From Trichoplax adhaerens (taxonomy: Eukaryota; Animalia; Placozoa): 64,000 nucleotides of DNA. Position numbers and translations under genes: made by a program. The stretch's first letter is position 1. Every line of letters begins with the position of its first letter. The stretch is taken from NCBI RefSeq assembly GCF_000150275.1, contig NW_002060943.1, positions 2,262,987-2,326,986 of the forward strand, given 5' to 3'. Shown here piece after piece: positions 1 through 13,424 of this stretch. The notes beneath the pieces are model-generated. The model was not told where the DNA came from. It did not search any database and saw nothing but the letters and a program-made list of their open reading frames with translations.

Positions 1-563
1 AGAGCAGAAGATTTATAATGTCATATACAGCATATCGTTCTTATTCGTATCCATCTCTTAGCTACTGTAAATGTCATATACATGTGCAGACGAAGGTCTA
101 TTGATGAACTGTAGATGGTTTTTTGGGGCGATATTTTAACTTTTTCTTCATTATCGAAGGCGAAATTAAACATAAATGATAGGTGGATAGGATTATAAAT
201 CGCTAACATTTTATCATGTATAGGTAGATGTACTGTATTTAGTTTAATCTATTCATTGACTGATATTAACTTGGAAATCTTGATTTTTTCTCAGTAAGAT
301 GGGTTGCAATTATTACAAGCACATGATTTGGACTGTTTCAACATTTCAATTTGACTCATACTGTTCTACATTTCTTGTATAAGAGTAGACGTAACTAGAT
401 CTGCCATGATCTAGTATTACTTATTCAGTAAGTAATTAAAAAGAAGTTGTAATAGATAAATACAGTAAAAAAAGAAACTTTAAAATTGGTGAGGGATAAA
501 GAACTGATGCAAACGTAATGGTTGCTTCTTTAAACGAAGATTAATGTCTTAGTTATCATTTTA

Positions 564-930
564 CTGACCACAATCTTGACCAAGAGCAACCATAAAGGAA
601 GAACCCGTGTTGGTGAGTAGGCTATCCGAGCATGGAGAATAAGTGATTTTCAGTGGATGATCAAGTAAATCTTGTTGAAAGATTTGCTGGCTACATTCTA
701 TATCTATTGGAGATTGGTAATGACCATTAGCAAGAGGATAATCGTTATGCCACTTTTCTGGACCTAGCATCGATTAAGAATAGAATAAGATAAGTTAGTT
801 TTACCGATCCTTTTGATGGAATCTATTAAATTGTAGGATAATCTGCACGATCTTACAGTATAAATAAGAATTAAGCAATTATCTTATCGATATTTGATGT
901 AAGACCTTGATCAGTATAGTTCCAAACCAT
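564..930 (-). CDS. Alpha-carbonic anhydrase, cytosolic CA2/CA7/CA13-like; first two exons only, gene continues off the left edge
   Basis: Exon 906-930 (MVWNYTDQ-G) joins in phase to exon ~564-764 (GPEKWHNDYPLANGHYQSPIDI...LTNTGSSF), giving the alpha-CA N-terminal W-x-Y...GP-x-x-W...QSPIDI signature. No signal peptide. The exon-2 donor position is uncertain by a few nt. Confidence 0.9.
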
Positions 931-2449
931 TGCAATTGTAAACGACTCAGAATAAGGTAAAATATCGAATTTTATTACTTCTAGAAGAAAAGGATAAATA
1001 ACAATAAGACTATAGGATATCAGCGACAAATAATCCAATGTCGAAGATTAAGTAATAATTAATCGAACCGAGCACAAATTCGATGTCCAAGTAAATTCTT
1101 CTTCTATCCGCAAACTAATCTTGCAAGATTGGATACTGATGCCGATTGAACAGAAGCCAATCCAACCAATTCGAATTGGAATCAATATGAAAAAATAGTT
1201 GAATGGCTGTCGTTTTATTGAATTAGAATCTTAGCAAAGGGTCAGCTTAGCCTTTGTCTGCAAGCTAGAAAGGCCCAGGAAGCAATCAATCCTATTAACA
1301 ATTAATAACAATAAACTGTTAAATAGTATATGGAAATAATAATGTTGTACCTATATAACCTTGTCCATATTCATTGTGATTGGCTACTCAATAATATGGA
1401 TTCCAAATAAGAAAAATAAAGGCCGAAAATTAAGCATGCGTGCTGCTGATTCCAATCGTCTTCATGGGGCGGCAATTTATGCTAATATCAAGAAAGGTGG
1501 AGGTAGAATTGATACCCGAATAAAGTTGTAGATATAACTGGAAAGATGTTATGATCGTATATATATTTATTAGTCTAGGTAGGATAAGGTTGTACAGAAT
1601 CATTTGTTGTAAGTATTGCAGTAAATATTTTGATATATATTGTATACAGTATATGTGTTGAAGTCAATGCTAGCAATGCCAAATTGCCTATATATGCTGA
1701 TATATACTGTATGTTATACAACATAATAGCTAATCCAAAATAATGAGAAGTAGGTAGGGACATGTAATATGGATGGAGGCGTGGCTGGAAGTGATATTTG
1801 CCATCGTATCTGCTCATTATTTCTATAATCACCAGATAGAAGAATTACGAATATGATCGATTTGATGTGCTGTACGTATAATATTAGATGGATGAAAATA
1901 TAATATGTCGTAATAGAGGATGCACCTCAAGATACTGTCCGGCATGAAGGATACCATCAGACAAAATTAGTTTATCCATAGATATCATAGAGGGATACAT
2001 CACATGATCACGTATGGACTCCAATCAATTACTGCAAATATGATAGTTTTTTCTACTATTCGTTTATTACAGCGATTGTGCATATACCATGTACTGTATT
2101 TATATAGTCTAGCTCTTTATTGCAATATGTATAATCATAAAAACTGACGTAATAAGGAAGAATGAAAACAATATAATTTAGACGTCGAATTAAAACACAA
2201 CATATCAGTCTTGGTCAACTGCATAAAATTCTACAATATAAAATGGTCTAAAGTATATGCAAATATGAATTTAAAATACAAAACATCGGCTTTTTGTTTC
2301 TCCAACACTTCAGCTATTCCTTAGAAACGGGATTGATGACATTTATCCGAATCTAGCGTATTCATCTACTAGTTTATTACGTTTGCAATATCCATGGGGT
2401 GTTTTATTCGTATTGGCAACATTCCAGAAATTTCGTATAAAATTGTACT

Positions 2450-5400
2450 TTAATTATTTCGTAAAATCCTCATTGCATGCCACACATCCAACTTCATCCT
2501 TGCTAGATTTTGCTTGCAGACATTTGTTAACTTTTTGCCATCAATGATTGCCAGAACGTGACTTTCTAGGTCTGAGAGTTTATTAAATACTGTACGCAAA
2601 GTATTGCCTGGTGACCGTACACTCGGAGCTTGAGTTCTAGCCTCATTAATCACTCCAACAATGCAAATTTCATCGTCGTTGCCCGAATTTATTGTAGGTT
2701 CTTGTACAATCATTTGAGTAATCAGAATATCAATCAGACAAGTCAGGCTCGTCAAATATAGTTCACAACTCTCAACTTGGACAATGTAAGATTTATATCC
2801 TACGTCGTTAGCTATGGATGTTAGCCTCTTTTTTTTCTTTTCTTCGTCTACAAGTTCCAATGGTGTAACATCGCAGGAACCTTGGTGGGTTAAAAAAAGA
2901 GGACCTACAATTATATAGAAAATCGCTCATCTAGGGTATACTGTTTAATATTTACCACTTCTTTTTTTGAAAATTTTAAAAATACATACCACCATATTCA
3001 AGCAATACTACAGCAGCTTCATAGTGATCGTTTAGAATAGCATCATGCATAGGCGTAACGCCTCCGTCACCAGAGGCAACCATGTTATGATTTTTATTTA
3101 ATTTTTGACTCAATTTAATCATAGCTTTAGCAGCTTCAGTATTTCCACGATTACAGGCTTCATGAAGTGGAGTCCAATCGCAGTTATCTAATGCATTAAC
3201 ATCGGTGCCACTTACAATTAATTTCTTAATTTTGTTAACTTCATTACGTTTACAAGCAAGGTGAAGTTTCGTCTCTCCTGGACAACACCGTACAAGAAGA
3301 AAGAACGAGTAAGATCGATGAACAGTTTATATGTTGGGAAGGAAATAGCAAAGCAAACAGTAAATTAAACTTTCTTCATATTGACTCCACTCTGATAGTA
3401 TAGTACCCTTTGCATTTCTTTTCTCTAAATTTCCTTTAACACGCTTGCATCGAGCTATTGATGAGCTGTAATACAGAATTAGCTTATCAGCACTGCCTGG
3501 CATCATACATGAATAGGTTAAAATGTGAAAGATGCCGTTCTGCCTATTTGTAAGATATTTACTGGCAGGTTATATTCATGTTTAAAATTGTATTTAAATT
3601 TACCTTTGAGGAATTTTAAATTGCACTTTCTGAAAATCATTCGATTTTATTTTACGGCCATACGGAACTAATTGGAAGTAACAATTCAGCTGTATACACG
3701 TATACATATACCAACAAAATAATATTTATCATCAGCTAGAACGGATTATTGCAATTACGATTAAAACCAGTCAAAATTTACAATAACACATTTACCACTT
3801 TTTGAAGCGACAAAGATTCGTTCGTTAACTTTCCACTTGTTTTGACAATTGCGTTACTTCCATCAAATGTTAGCAATATAAATTCGCAAACACATGCAGT
3901 GAGCCAATCGAGTGGTATGTTGTTAATCAAATTCAATTTAGAGTGGCTGCATTTCATCTGATCAGTTCTTCCAGCTAATTTGATAGCAAGTGATAGCCCT
4001 TGTTCACCAAGGAATGGTTGCCAATCGGATTGATGGAATGATTTTGGGTACTGATCTGCTACATAGCAGCAATCAATGGATAGTAGGTATATGGAGTATA
4101 CCATTGATACCTGAATGAAATACGACCAAAAATATAAGCAACTGTAAGATGTAGGTTTAAACAGAATGAGACCAATTATAAATTATATGGTTTAAATAAA
4201 TAGAATGAAACTAATTATAATCAGTTGTTTGAAAGCATATCTATGTAGGCATCTGAATGCTTGAGGAATGAGGACATACAGCTTCGGATGAAAAATTCGG
4301 GTTTCGTTCGTATAGGGATAGAAAGGCATTTAATAGTTCTGTATGTTTGTCGCACGCACAAGGCGTTTGGTAATGATAGGGCCAAAGTAGTGAAAACATA
4401 ATTGGCTGCTTACTCTTTTCTTTCGTGTTAATAATTCTATAGTGATCAGAGAATACAGTATTGGAAATTAGCGCGATAGGACTGCGTTCAGTCAGGGTGA
4501 ATATTCTCGCTTAACAGTATATTAGATTTATCATCGATTGTACAAATGTGTCTCAAATTAACTTACGAGCTGTTAAAGAATGCTTTGTAATCCGTCCATA
4601 ATAGTTTAACAATGAAACGTAAAATTATTACATGACTATTGTTTTCGTTTCCTGTTAAAAATCTGAACAAGTGTAGTAATTAGACATAGTTTTAGATTGA
4701 GTTATTAAAATGATTTGAAGTCCAGTCGTTTACAAAGCCATTCAACATACTTGTCGATACATTCTATAATAAATCTCCACATCTCTGTTGAGATACTATC
4801 TGGAGTGTATTTCTTTGAACAATGAATAGAGGGGCAAAGCGATAGCTTGTATTCTCTTTTCAACTCTGCTGAGGTCGGTGGATAGCGGCGTAGGCATTCC
4901 ATTAATAGCGAAAATCCTTCATTTTGAAGGGCATCATCCTCGTTCACCTATAGACAGTACATGATAGCGAGATAGTTATTTGAAAGGAGACGTCTAGATA
5001 AAATGAAATCTATGTATAATTTTAGCAAATAACGTTATGGCAAATATACCCATAAAAATTAATAAGAATAGTGAGTTATTAGTGCGTATTTACCATAATG
5101 AAGCTTTGGACCAATGCACGAAGTACTACCGAAGTGGGATAAAATTGTATCATACAATTTTTAATGATTTGTATAGCTGAATGGTAATGCTTGTGATAAA
5201 GATGATTCTCGAATAAGGTTACTTCATCGACGGGCATCGGATTATAATTCTGGCGCTGGCGATTATGTACCTAACACAAATGATTAATCTATATTTACAT
5301 CAACATAGAAATGACACTATCGAGTCTAGTAAATTGATAATAGTATACTTGTTCTTCTGTATGAATAAGAAAAAGTCGATTGCGACATATTTGGTCTTGC

Positions 5401-8400
5401 TGCCTATTGACTGGTATTCGGAGACTACTTGGGCGAACTAATCTTCTTGAATAGTCAAATCCACAACTTTCAATCATGTCCGTTCGCTTCCTATTACGTG
5501 AATCGGTTACTAATCTTCGCTTCTTCCCTGTTGAGGCTGAGGTAACGGCATAAACGTATTGCCGAATTAGGATGCAAAATTAAGTTATAAAAATGAAAGC
5601 AGTATGATACGGATAAGAAACAAAAACCTATTTGCTACAGTAGCCTCAATTTAAGTCTATTTGCATTATCGTAAAAGATATTCGTTAATAAAACAACATC
5701 AATAGGAAACAATCGCATATTTTTTTTATGTACAGTGGTAATACCAAGAGCATCAACGGTCATTTAATTATGATCTCATGTAAGCATAAACTAGCAATCT
5801 TTTCAAGTATAAGAAATGATGATTGAAATATTTACGTCGTGGTAGATCAATCCCTTCGCTAAAAAAAGCTGGCCTTGTCATTAATGTAGCTGATTCATTA
5901 CAGGCCTAAAAATCAGATGAGACGCAATTAGAGATAGGGCTACTGATTTCTTTCAAATTTTGAAGGCAGCAGCCACTTCTGCAAGTAACATTTGCGTATA
6001 ATAAAGTAATAGATTAAAATAGGTGCAGCTGAGTAGTCAGTGGGTTAAAGTTACTGGAAAGACTTCTCCATCTTGCGATATCTACATGGGTAAGCACTAA
6101 ATAAAGGGAAATTATATGTGTAATCAAGCAGTTATCATCTGATATACGATTACTGTACTGCACACTAGGTCGGATATAAAACTGCCTTTCGATGTGTTTA
6201 CCGCAATATCTTTTATACAATCTAACGTTAGCAAAGGGTTCGACGTATTATCCTATCCTAAATTACTACAGTATTATTATAACACTACACCAATTCCTAA
6301 CTTAGGCAATGTGTTACGAAAGCTCTAATACAGCATACCAAACCCTGGAAAAATACCTGATTTATTATGATATCGGCAATACTATCAGTCTGATGGATTT
6401 GCGGAACGATCTTTTCGTATTTGGCGACAAATTGTTTGCAATTCGGCTCGAAGAAGAGGAAATTAGCTGTCCTTGGCTTCTCTTCGAATTCTTCACGCGT
6501 CATTACCCTCGCTCCACCGATATCTAAAACGCTATCCATTCAAGTTGGAGAATTCCGTATTAAAACCGAGGAATCTTCAAAGTATTTCAACGGTGGCCGA
6601 CATGACCTAATGCTGATTTGCTATTGATTAGAAATATAGTTTATATCTCGATACCTTTGGTAGCCTCGAAGCTTTTGTTCATCGTTACAGAAAATCACGA
6701 CAGTACACTTTTCAAATGGTAGGTAATTTCGGGACCTAGCTTCTCTCCAAAATTTTGGAGCATGGAAGAGGTTTTTTTCAACAAATGGATAATGTTTGGC
6801 ATCATTTGACGACCATTCGAACTGACTTTCGTCAAGCCAGCGGCCGACTTTCTCGCTATCGTCGATGAATGACCTTTTCAAAATCCAAATCCCTAACGGG
6901 CAAGCACCAAAACAGATTAAGGTAAGAAAGCGGATATAAATTAGACTGTACACGATGCTTGCAAATTGTTAGAGCCCAGTGGCAATGCTACAGAATTTCA
7001 GGCTCTCCATATACGATATCTGCTAATACAGATTGCAACTTGAAGACTACGTCTTCCATAATAAATATAGTGTACTGTAGAGAGCACCTTTTATCGCTTT
7101 TAGTAGCAAGTGTATTTATGCATAAGCTTATTACCGCATTAAAGTGAGAGTAGTATATAGAAAGGGAATACGACCATTTACGTTCAAGTCGCGCTTCTAT
7201 ATTTTTCTACTGTTGGATACCAAGGGGATCAATCTACTTCTATGGTAGTTGCTAGTCTTAGTAAAAACGTCTTCGTCAAGTGGTCAACTATCCTAACAGC
7301 GGGACTGACTTAATATTTTAGGACATAGTAGAGGAATATACAAGACATTTTCTGAAGCTCAACTGTTTCGCTTTTATTAATCGAAGTACTCTAACATAGT
7401 TCGGAGCTCGATTGGTGGCAGCTGCAATAATTATAATGATCAGACTTTAATGAAGTTTGCACATTCTATTGAATCGAATGCAGAAATTTATCTGCTTCTC
7501 GTGCAAATGTATGTGTATATACTCCTATATAAAATCACAAGTTATTTGATTTACTGTACCTTTAGCACAAGCTCCAACAAATATTCCTGATCGTGTGGGT
7601 CTTTTGCAAATAAGATGGGTGGTAGTAGAGCCAAAAGGCTAATCGTAAACATAGAATCAATCCATCGATGGAAAAGTTAGTAACGTTCGCTTGTCAAGTT
7701 TCTTTTTTCTCTTAAACAGTGTGAGCGCCAAATTTGATAATCAATACTACGTCACGTTATTTAATTTCAGTGTCAAAAATAGAGTTGCAGTTGACGATAT
7801 AAGGTAGAAAACATGCTAAAAATAAGTAGGGTGCATTCAAGACGTGATCATGGCTGTTTGATCTGTAGATCATTTTCACTCTACTAAGGGTATTTGTACA
7901 AGAAAAACTTTTTGCTGTTACTGGCAATCATTGGATAGATTTGTTTAGAATACCGATCGCTTGTGTTTACAGGTTAGTAGCTATGATGGCCGATTGAAAG
8001 TAATCCTTGCCGATTAGCATGCATGCTCCATTCTACTAAGTGTATTTGTACAAGAGAAACTTTTTGCTGTCACTGGCAATCGCTGGATAGATTTGTTTAG
8101 AATACCGATCGCTTGTGTTTACAGGTTAGTAGCTATGATGGCCGATTGAAAGTAATCCTTGCCGATTGGCATGCATATTTATCTTCATTCTACTAAGGGT
8201 ATTTGTACAAGAGAAACTTTTTGCTGTCATTGGCAATCGTTGGATAGATTTGTTTAGAATACCGATCGCTTGTGTTTACAAGTTAGTAGCTATGATGGCC
8301 GATTGAAAGTAATCCTTGTCGATTAGCATGCATATTCGTTATTCATTTCAGATCGTCTTCATTCTACTAAGGGTATTTGCACAAGAAAAATTTTTTACTG

Positions 8401-8802
8401 TTACTGGCAATCATTGGACAGATTTGTTGAGCATACCGATCGCGCAATAACTAAATTGCAAACACTTGATACGATCGCTTGTGCTGACAGGTTAGCAGCC
8501 ATGATGGCCGATTAGCTTGGATATTCATTCTTCATTTCAGATCATCAATGACTCAAAGTAATCCATGCTCAGACTCGACTACACTAGGTATTGGTTGTTT
8601 ACGATTCAGTTCACATGGATTAAGGATGATCGAATGGTAGAGAAAGATAGACTAGAGAGAACAAAACTCTCTTGTAGGGATTGCCTACCAATTTATCTAA
8701 TTTGGCGCCTAATTTCATTATTTTTTCGTCCAGTTCTTCGCATTCTTTTACAGTAAAACCAGACAGTTGGATATGGTAGGCATTAATATCCTCCTCGGAC
8801 AT
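2450..8802 (-). CDS. SLF1: SMC5-SMC6 complex localisation factor 1 (ANKRD32/BRCTx): N-terminal tandem BRCT plus C-terminal ankyrin repeats; multi-exon
   Basis: Exon 8689-8802 MSEEDINAYHIQLSGFTVKECEELDEKIMKLGAKL; exon ~7560-7637 TTHLICKRPTRSGIFVGACAKG; exon ~6650-6890 IWILKRSFIDDSEKVGRWLDESQFEW...APKFWRE; ankyrin exon ~2990-3280 GETKLHLAC...DWTPLHEACNRG...GVTPMHDA...LLEYG; last exon to the stop at 2450. Domain order and motifs match SLF1. An upstream in-frame ATG is possible. Confidence 0.88.
7878..8545. repeat. Tandem repeat, about 4 copies of a 152-174 bp unit, in SLF1 intron 1
   Basis: Anchor ctactaag(g/t)gtatttg(t/c)acaaga at 7881, 8033, 8190 and 8364; shared body ...gaataccgatcgcttgtgtttacaggttagtagctatgatggccgatt; the fourth copy is diverged. 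Confidence 0.95.
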
Positions 8803-9724
8803 GGCAATTAGTGCGACTGCAAGTCGTTTCTTTGCGCTCCTACAACATTTCTTACTTCTACTCGATCCTGTCTTCACTTTGTCCATAGCGATTCCTCTTT
8901 GCTTGACTAGGATGATCAAGTCCACGAATTCTTGCTCTTGGTATTTCTACTCTATCACTATCGGTTTTTCCGGTGTTACGGAAAAGAGAAATGTAATTTT
9001 CAATCCTTTTATACCAGCGTATTGGATGCTTTGGATAGCACCGCTAGCCACCGGGAAAGAAAACGCGCCGTCATGGTACCGCAATCGAACTCATAGGTGT
9101 TATTCCTCTTCTTCTTCTTCTTATTATTATTATTACCTTATTTACTCTGGCTGATTACTTCAATACGATATCGGGTCAATAGGCAACAGCATCGAGTTAT
9201 TGGTCAACAAGGAAAACTGTTGGATTAGTTAACCTAATATGGTTTCCCAATGCGATCATTTTGGATATACCTGCATCATGGCTGCATGGATTTTTAGTCA
9301 ATGGAAATCATGATTACTATTATTATTGATCAGCAAGGCGTTATGCAAAGTAATATTAAATCGCTCGCTTGAAATGGGTAGGCTAAGCCTAATAGCGCCA
9401 TATTTCGTATTGAAATATGGAGTTTGCATACCGCCTCTCGTCGCATAAGGAAGGCATCGAGAAATGCAAATGTCAGTGCAAAGTACTTGTGGGTGTTACG
9501 ATTTGGATAGAAAATGAAAAATTGTTTACTGTCGTGTAATTAATCATAAATAAATCGATATTGACTGTGTTATCAAGGATGACTACTAGGTATTCTAGGC
9601 AGTATGAGAGTTTTGCAAAAAGGTTACGCTATCGATAGCCCGCACGAAAACTGAGCTGGATGGAAATCCAAGAGATGCAATATATGTACGATGAGTTAAA
9701 GTCAAGTCAAAGGTTGCTGCACAG

Positions 9725-10345
9725 AAGTTGCAGACGGGCATGTTGAGAGCAATTGCAAAATGCGACTAGAAACAAGATGCAGTTGGTAGCGGCTAAAATG
9801 TACAAAGTGATTATTTAGGTATTTTTGCAGTACTCCCAATGCACAACACTAGTCCATAGTAGTTTGTACTTGAAGGGTTAATACAAGAATTAAATGATCG
9901 TTCATTCTGTGTCGCTCTGTGTCTGAATAACGACGGTAGTTAGCATCATTACCCTGCTAATAAAGCAAAGCTGCTTGACTAGCTACATTGTGAATCAACT
10001 ATTGATTCATTTTTTGGACGGAATTCGTCAAAGATTGCTATACTGTACATAAGTTGCAGACAGACAGTGCATGTTGAGAGCAATCGCAAAATGCGACTAA
10101 AAGAAGATGCAGTTGATAGCGGCTAAAATGTAGCAAGTGATCATTTTGGTATTTTGCAGAACACTAGTCCATAGTGCCTTGTACTCAAGGGTTAATACAA
10201 TAAATAAATTACCCTTCATTCTGTGTCGCTCTATGTCTAAATAACGACGGTAGTCAGCATTGGAGACCCTGCTAATAAAGCAAAGCTGCTTCCCTAAGCT
10301 ACATTGTAAATCAACTATTCTCATTCATTTTTTGGACGGGATTCG
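9725..10345. repeat. Diverged tandem duplication, 2 x ~325 bp, in the SLF1/TIMM10 divergent intergenic region
   Basis: aagttgcagac...catgttgagagcaat(t/c)gcaaaatgcgacta...ccctgctaataaagcaaagctgctt...ttcattttttggacgg starts at 9725 and again at 10051. Confidence 0.9.
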
Positions 10346-10447
10346 AGATCGGACACTCGGACGCGGGTACAGCACATAGAGGTAGAGAGGAAAATGGATA
10401 TTAATTATTCTTAAAGTCAATACTGTAGAAATTATTGAGAATAATGA

Positions 10448-10934
10448 CAATTGCTCATCAGAAAAATCTCTTCTACCTTTTTAACTTTTTTAAGTATTAA
10501 AAATCAAAGATGGCTTTTAGATTTGCTTTGATTTGTAATTGACAGTGTTGGCATGATCAAGGAATACTCGGGCATATTTCGCCACTCAAACCGATAACTG
10601 TATGAGCAATAATATCAATTGCTCATCAGAAAAATCTCTTCTACCTTTTTAACTTTTTTAAGTATTAAAAATCAAAGATGGCTTTTAGATTTGCTTTGAT
10701 TTGTAATTGACAGAGTTGGCATGATCAAGGAATACTCGGTCATATTTCGCCACTCAAACCGATAACTGTATGAGCAATACAATAATGTCAATTGCTCATC
10801 AGAAAAATCTCTTCTACCTTTTTAACTTTTTTAAGTATTAAAAATCAAAGATGGCTTTTAGATTTGCTTTGATTTGTAATTAACAGTGTTGGCATGATCA
10901 AGGAATACTCGGCCATATTTCGCCACTCAAACCG
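10448..10934. repeat. Near-perfect tandem repeat, 3 x ~170 bp
   Basis: caattgctcatcagaaaaatctcttctacc...ttcgccactcaaaccga starts at 10448, 10616 and 10789 with only a few substitutions. Confidence 0.97.
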
Positions 10935-11042
10935 AACAGTCAATAGTGCTACTGTATGGAAGTGCCTATACTTGAACAGGTGTAAATAGTAAGTCTATTG
11001 TATGCCAGGAAACTTCAAGAAAGAAGCTTTCAAAAGTCTGAA

Positions 11043-11179
11043 AGGGTACGGTACGGTATCCGAGTTCTCGACAACGCGCAGGCGCAGTAAAGCACATGGT
11101 ATGGTAGAAAACCTCTCTGGCTGCTCAGATGGATGTTTTACCCTGTCCCCTTATACTGTACAGTGTACAGTATAAGGGG
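11043..11179 (+). promoter_or_regulatory. Probable TIMM10 promoter: (GGTAC)n, NRF1-like site and 33-bp palindrome
   Basis: gggtacggtacggtat at 11043-11058; CGCGCAGGCGCA at 11075-11086; ccccttatactgtaca-g-tgtacagtataagggg at 11147-11179; all 135-270 bp upstream of the ATG. Confidence 0.5.
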
Positions 11180-11314
11180 TACTGAAATGCTACAAGCCTA
11201 CAGGCTGTCCAGGCATAAGCCACAGGTGCCATTTTAATGATTGGGTTCAGTAGAGGCAAGTTGGGCCAGTAATTGATTTAAAGTGATAGAAAGAGTAGAT
11301 TCCAATCAACCATC

Positions 11315-11661
11315 ATGGCTGGCAATATCAACAATTTAGACGAACAAGCTAAAATGGAAATGGTAGCTGGATTAGAAATAGAAATGATGACAGATATGTA
11401 CAATAGGTGAGCTGATTATTTTTGTGGGACTTGTTATGAGCATTAAATTGACTCTGGATATTGACCATCCATTGCCACAGGATGACCAACGTTTGCCAGA
11501 AAAAGTGCATTCCTGCAAAGTATCGTGAAGCAGAATTGAATAAGGGAGAATCCATTTGTATTGATCGTTGTGTTGCAAAATATCTAGAAGTTCATGATCA
11601 GATTGGTAAAAGATTAACTGCGTTATCCATGCAAGATGATGCTGCTAACAAAAGAGCTTAA
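11315..11661 (+). CDS. TIMM10: Mitochondrial intermembrane-space chaperone Tim10 (exons 11315-11406 and 11481-11661)
   Basis: [31 protein letters not shown]|[38 protein letters not shown]: twin CX3C motif plus Tim10-type EMMxDMYNR and KGE motifs; GT-AG intron in phase. Confidence 0.96.
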
Positions 11662-12656
11662 AGTTCATGCCACACCAAACCAAGCGCTATAGCCGATGGA
11701 TCATGATCATGGCTTGACTACATGGATCATATGCTTGATAAAGCGTATGTGCAAAGCGTGAAATACTGTGCTGTCGATGGCTGTTTGGTGTATCTTTGCT
11801 TTAGTAGAAATTGAGTATTCTTATTATTCTATATTGTGTTTACTAAAATTGAATTATGTCGATTAAACTATGTACTCAATGCAACATGATAATTTGTGCG
11901 TGATTAGCTTACAATGAGACACTACCATACTCAGCGTACTGTGTGATTGTTACTATTAGCAGAATGATGAACACTAGGTTCTTGATTGATTCAATTTTCG
12001 CTAGTAACGATAGTGAAACATTTGTAAGGTATATAGAGTTGATTGCAAAGTAACAGAGTCCTAATATATATATATATAACATACACATTCCTTTCTGTTC
12101 TCGGACTGCTAGAATAGGGGATCACATGTAGTAGTTTCTATCTCTTATGTACTGTATGCAAAAATAGGAATGGACTGTTGTAAATCATCTTTTAAATGTA
12201 CAACGCGATAACTGGATAATGAATATGTTGCTGAGATAACCAGTTACTATCATGTAGTCCTATGGCCACTGCATTATTTCCAAAAGTTGCAAAATTGACA
12301 ACATCTCATCTATTGTATGTGCTATTGGGTCTAGGTTATAACGAATCGGTCTTCATCAATACAGTATTTATCAATGAATTAATTCGTTATTATAGGCAAG
12401 AAGTTTCAACGCGATTTTACATTTGCTCCTTGGCAATAGGAATTAATTTTTTATTTGGTTTGACAATTATGTAGCAGTAGTAGTAATGTTGTAAATTCTA
12501 TTTCAGCAATTACTGTCATTCAATGTTAATGTACATATTGTACAGTAGAAATATAATACAAATAAATCGAAATTACAAATGATATGTGCCCACTTTTCTC
12601 TGTGCTATACATGAATCTGTAAGTTCAATCCCCAGTTGAAGACCTTTACTGTACAT

Positions 12657-13424
12657 CTACCATACAAAGACTTTAGTTTTTCCTTTCTTTTTGATTCCTA
12701 AGCGTTTAAGTTTCTTCTGTGCTTTTAATTTCTTCTTCGCTGCGTTGGATGATTTTGATGTTTGACTCATTTCGTCATTGACATCCATCTGCCTTTCGTT
12801 ATCTTTTTGAATAAGCAAGAAAATGATATTTAGATATAGCTCACCAAGGAAACTTGCATTGTACATAACTTTGACAACAGAAATACACGATAAAGCCTGA
12901 AATGGTCTAATTTAGGAAACTTATACCACTAGGTATTTATATACCTCTTACTGTAACTGCAACTACTTCAATTGATGCGCTCGTGCATCAGAAGAATTAA
13001 GTCTCGAGTACGATTGAAGAATGGACTATTTTTCCTTCTGACATATCGTATGTTCTATACAGTACAGTACTGTATACCGTAATACAGAATCGCACTTTAA
13101 CACACCATCTACAACATGGCCTAAATTTCATCATACCATATTACAAGTAAAAGCTGTGACTAGTTGGAATAAGTCTACAAACTTTCATTTCATGCACATC
13201 AAAGCTAAAGCGAATCTGCTGCGTAGTAAGACATCATTCAAACATTACTAATCATCATCACCTTTTGTGAAATCACATTGCATCTTGGCATTGTCTTGGT
13301 CTAGCACTGACTTTTTCATATTTTGAACGGCATTTTCAAGAAGTTTGTTTTGTTTTTCTATAGTTTTCGTTCTCTTAACAGCCCGAAAATACCTTCTCCT
13401 CTTGGATCGAATACTTTTCGCCAT
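12657..13424 (-). CDS. LLPH: LLP homolog (LAPS18-like), small basic protein; exons 13262-13424 and ~12657-12802
   Basis: N-terminus MAKSIRSKRRKVFRAVKR matches the LLPH MAKSLRSK...R motif; Lys-rich C-terminus ending ...KKKGKTKVFVW*; phase-1 GT-AG join (G|AT). Confidence 0.85.

Noticed and set aside
1330-1840. Short ORFs between carbonic anhydrase and SLF1
   Set aside because: No recognisable domain or convincing start/splice signals; consistent with AT-rich intergenic noise.
12945-12956. Possible 12-nt in-frame micro-exon in the LLPH intron
   Set aside because: AG/GT flanks are present but there is no pyrimidine tract, and the flanking exons join in frame without it.
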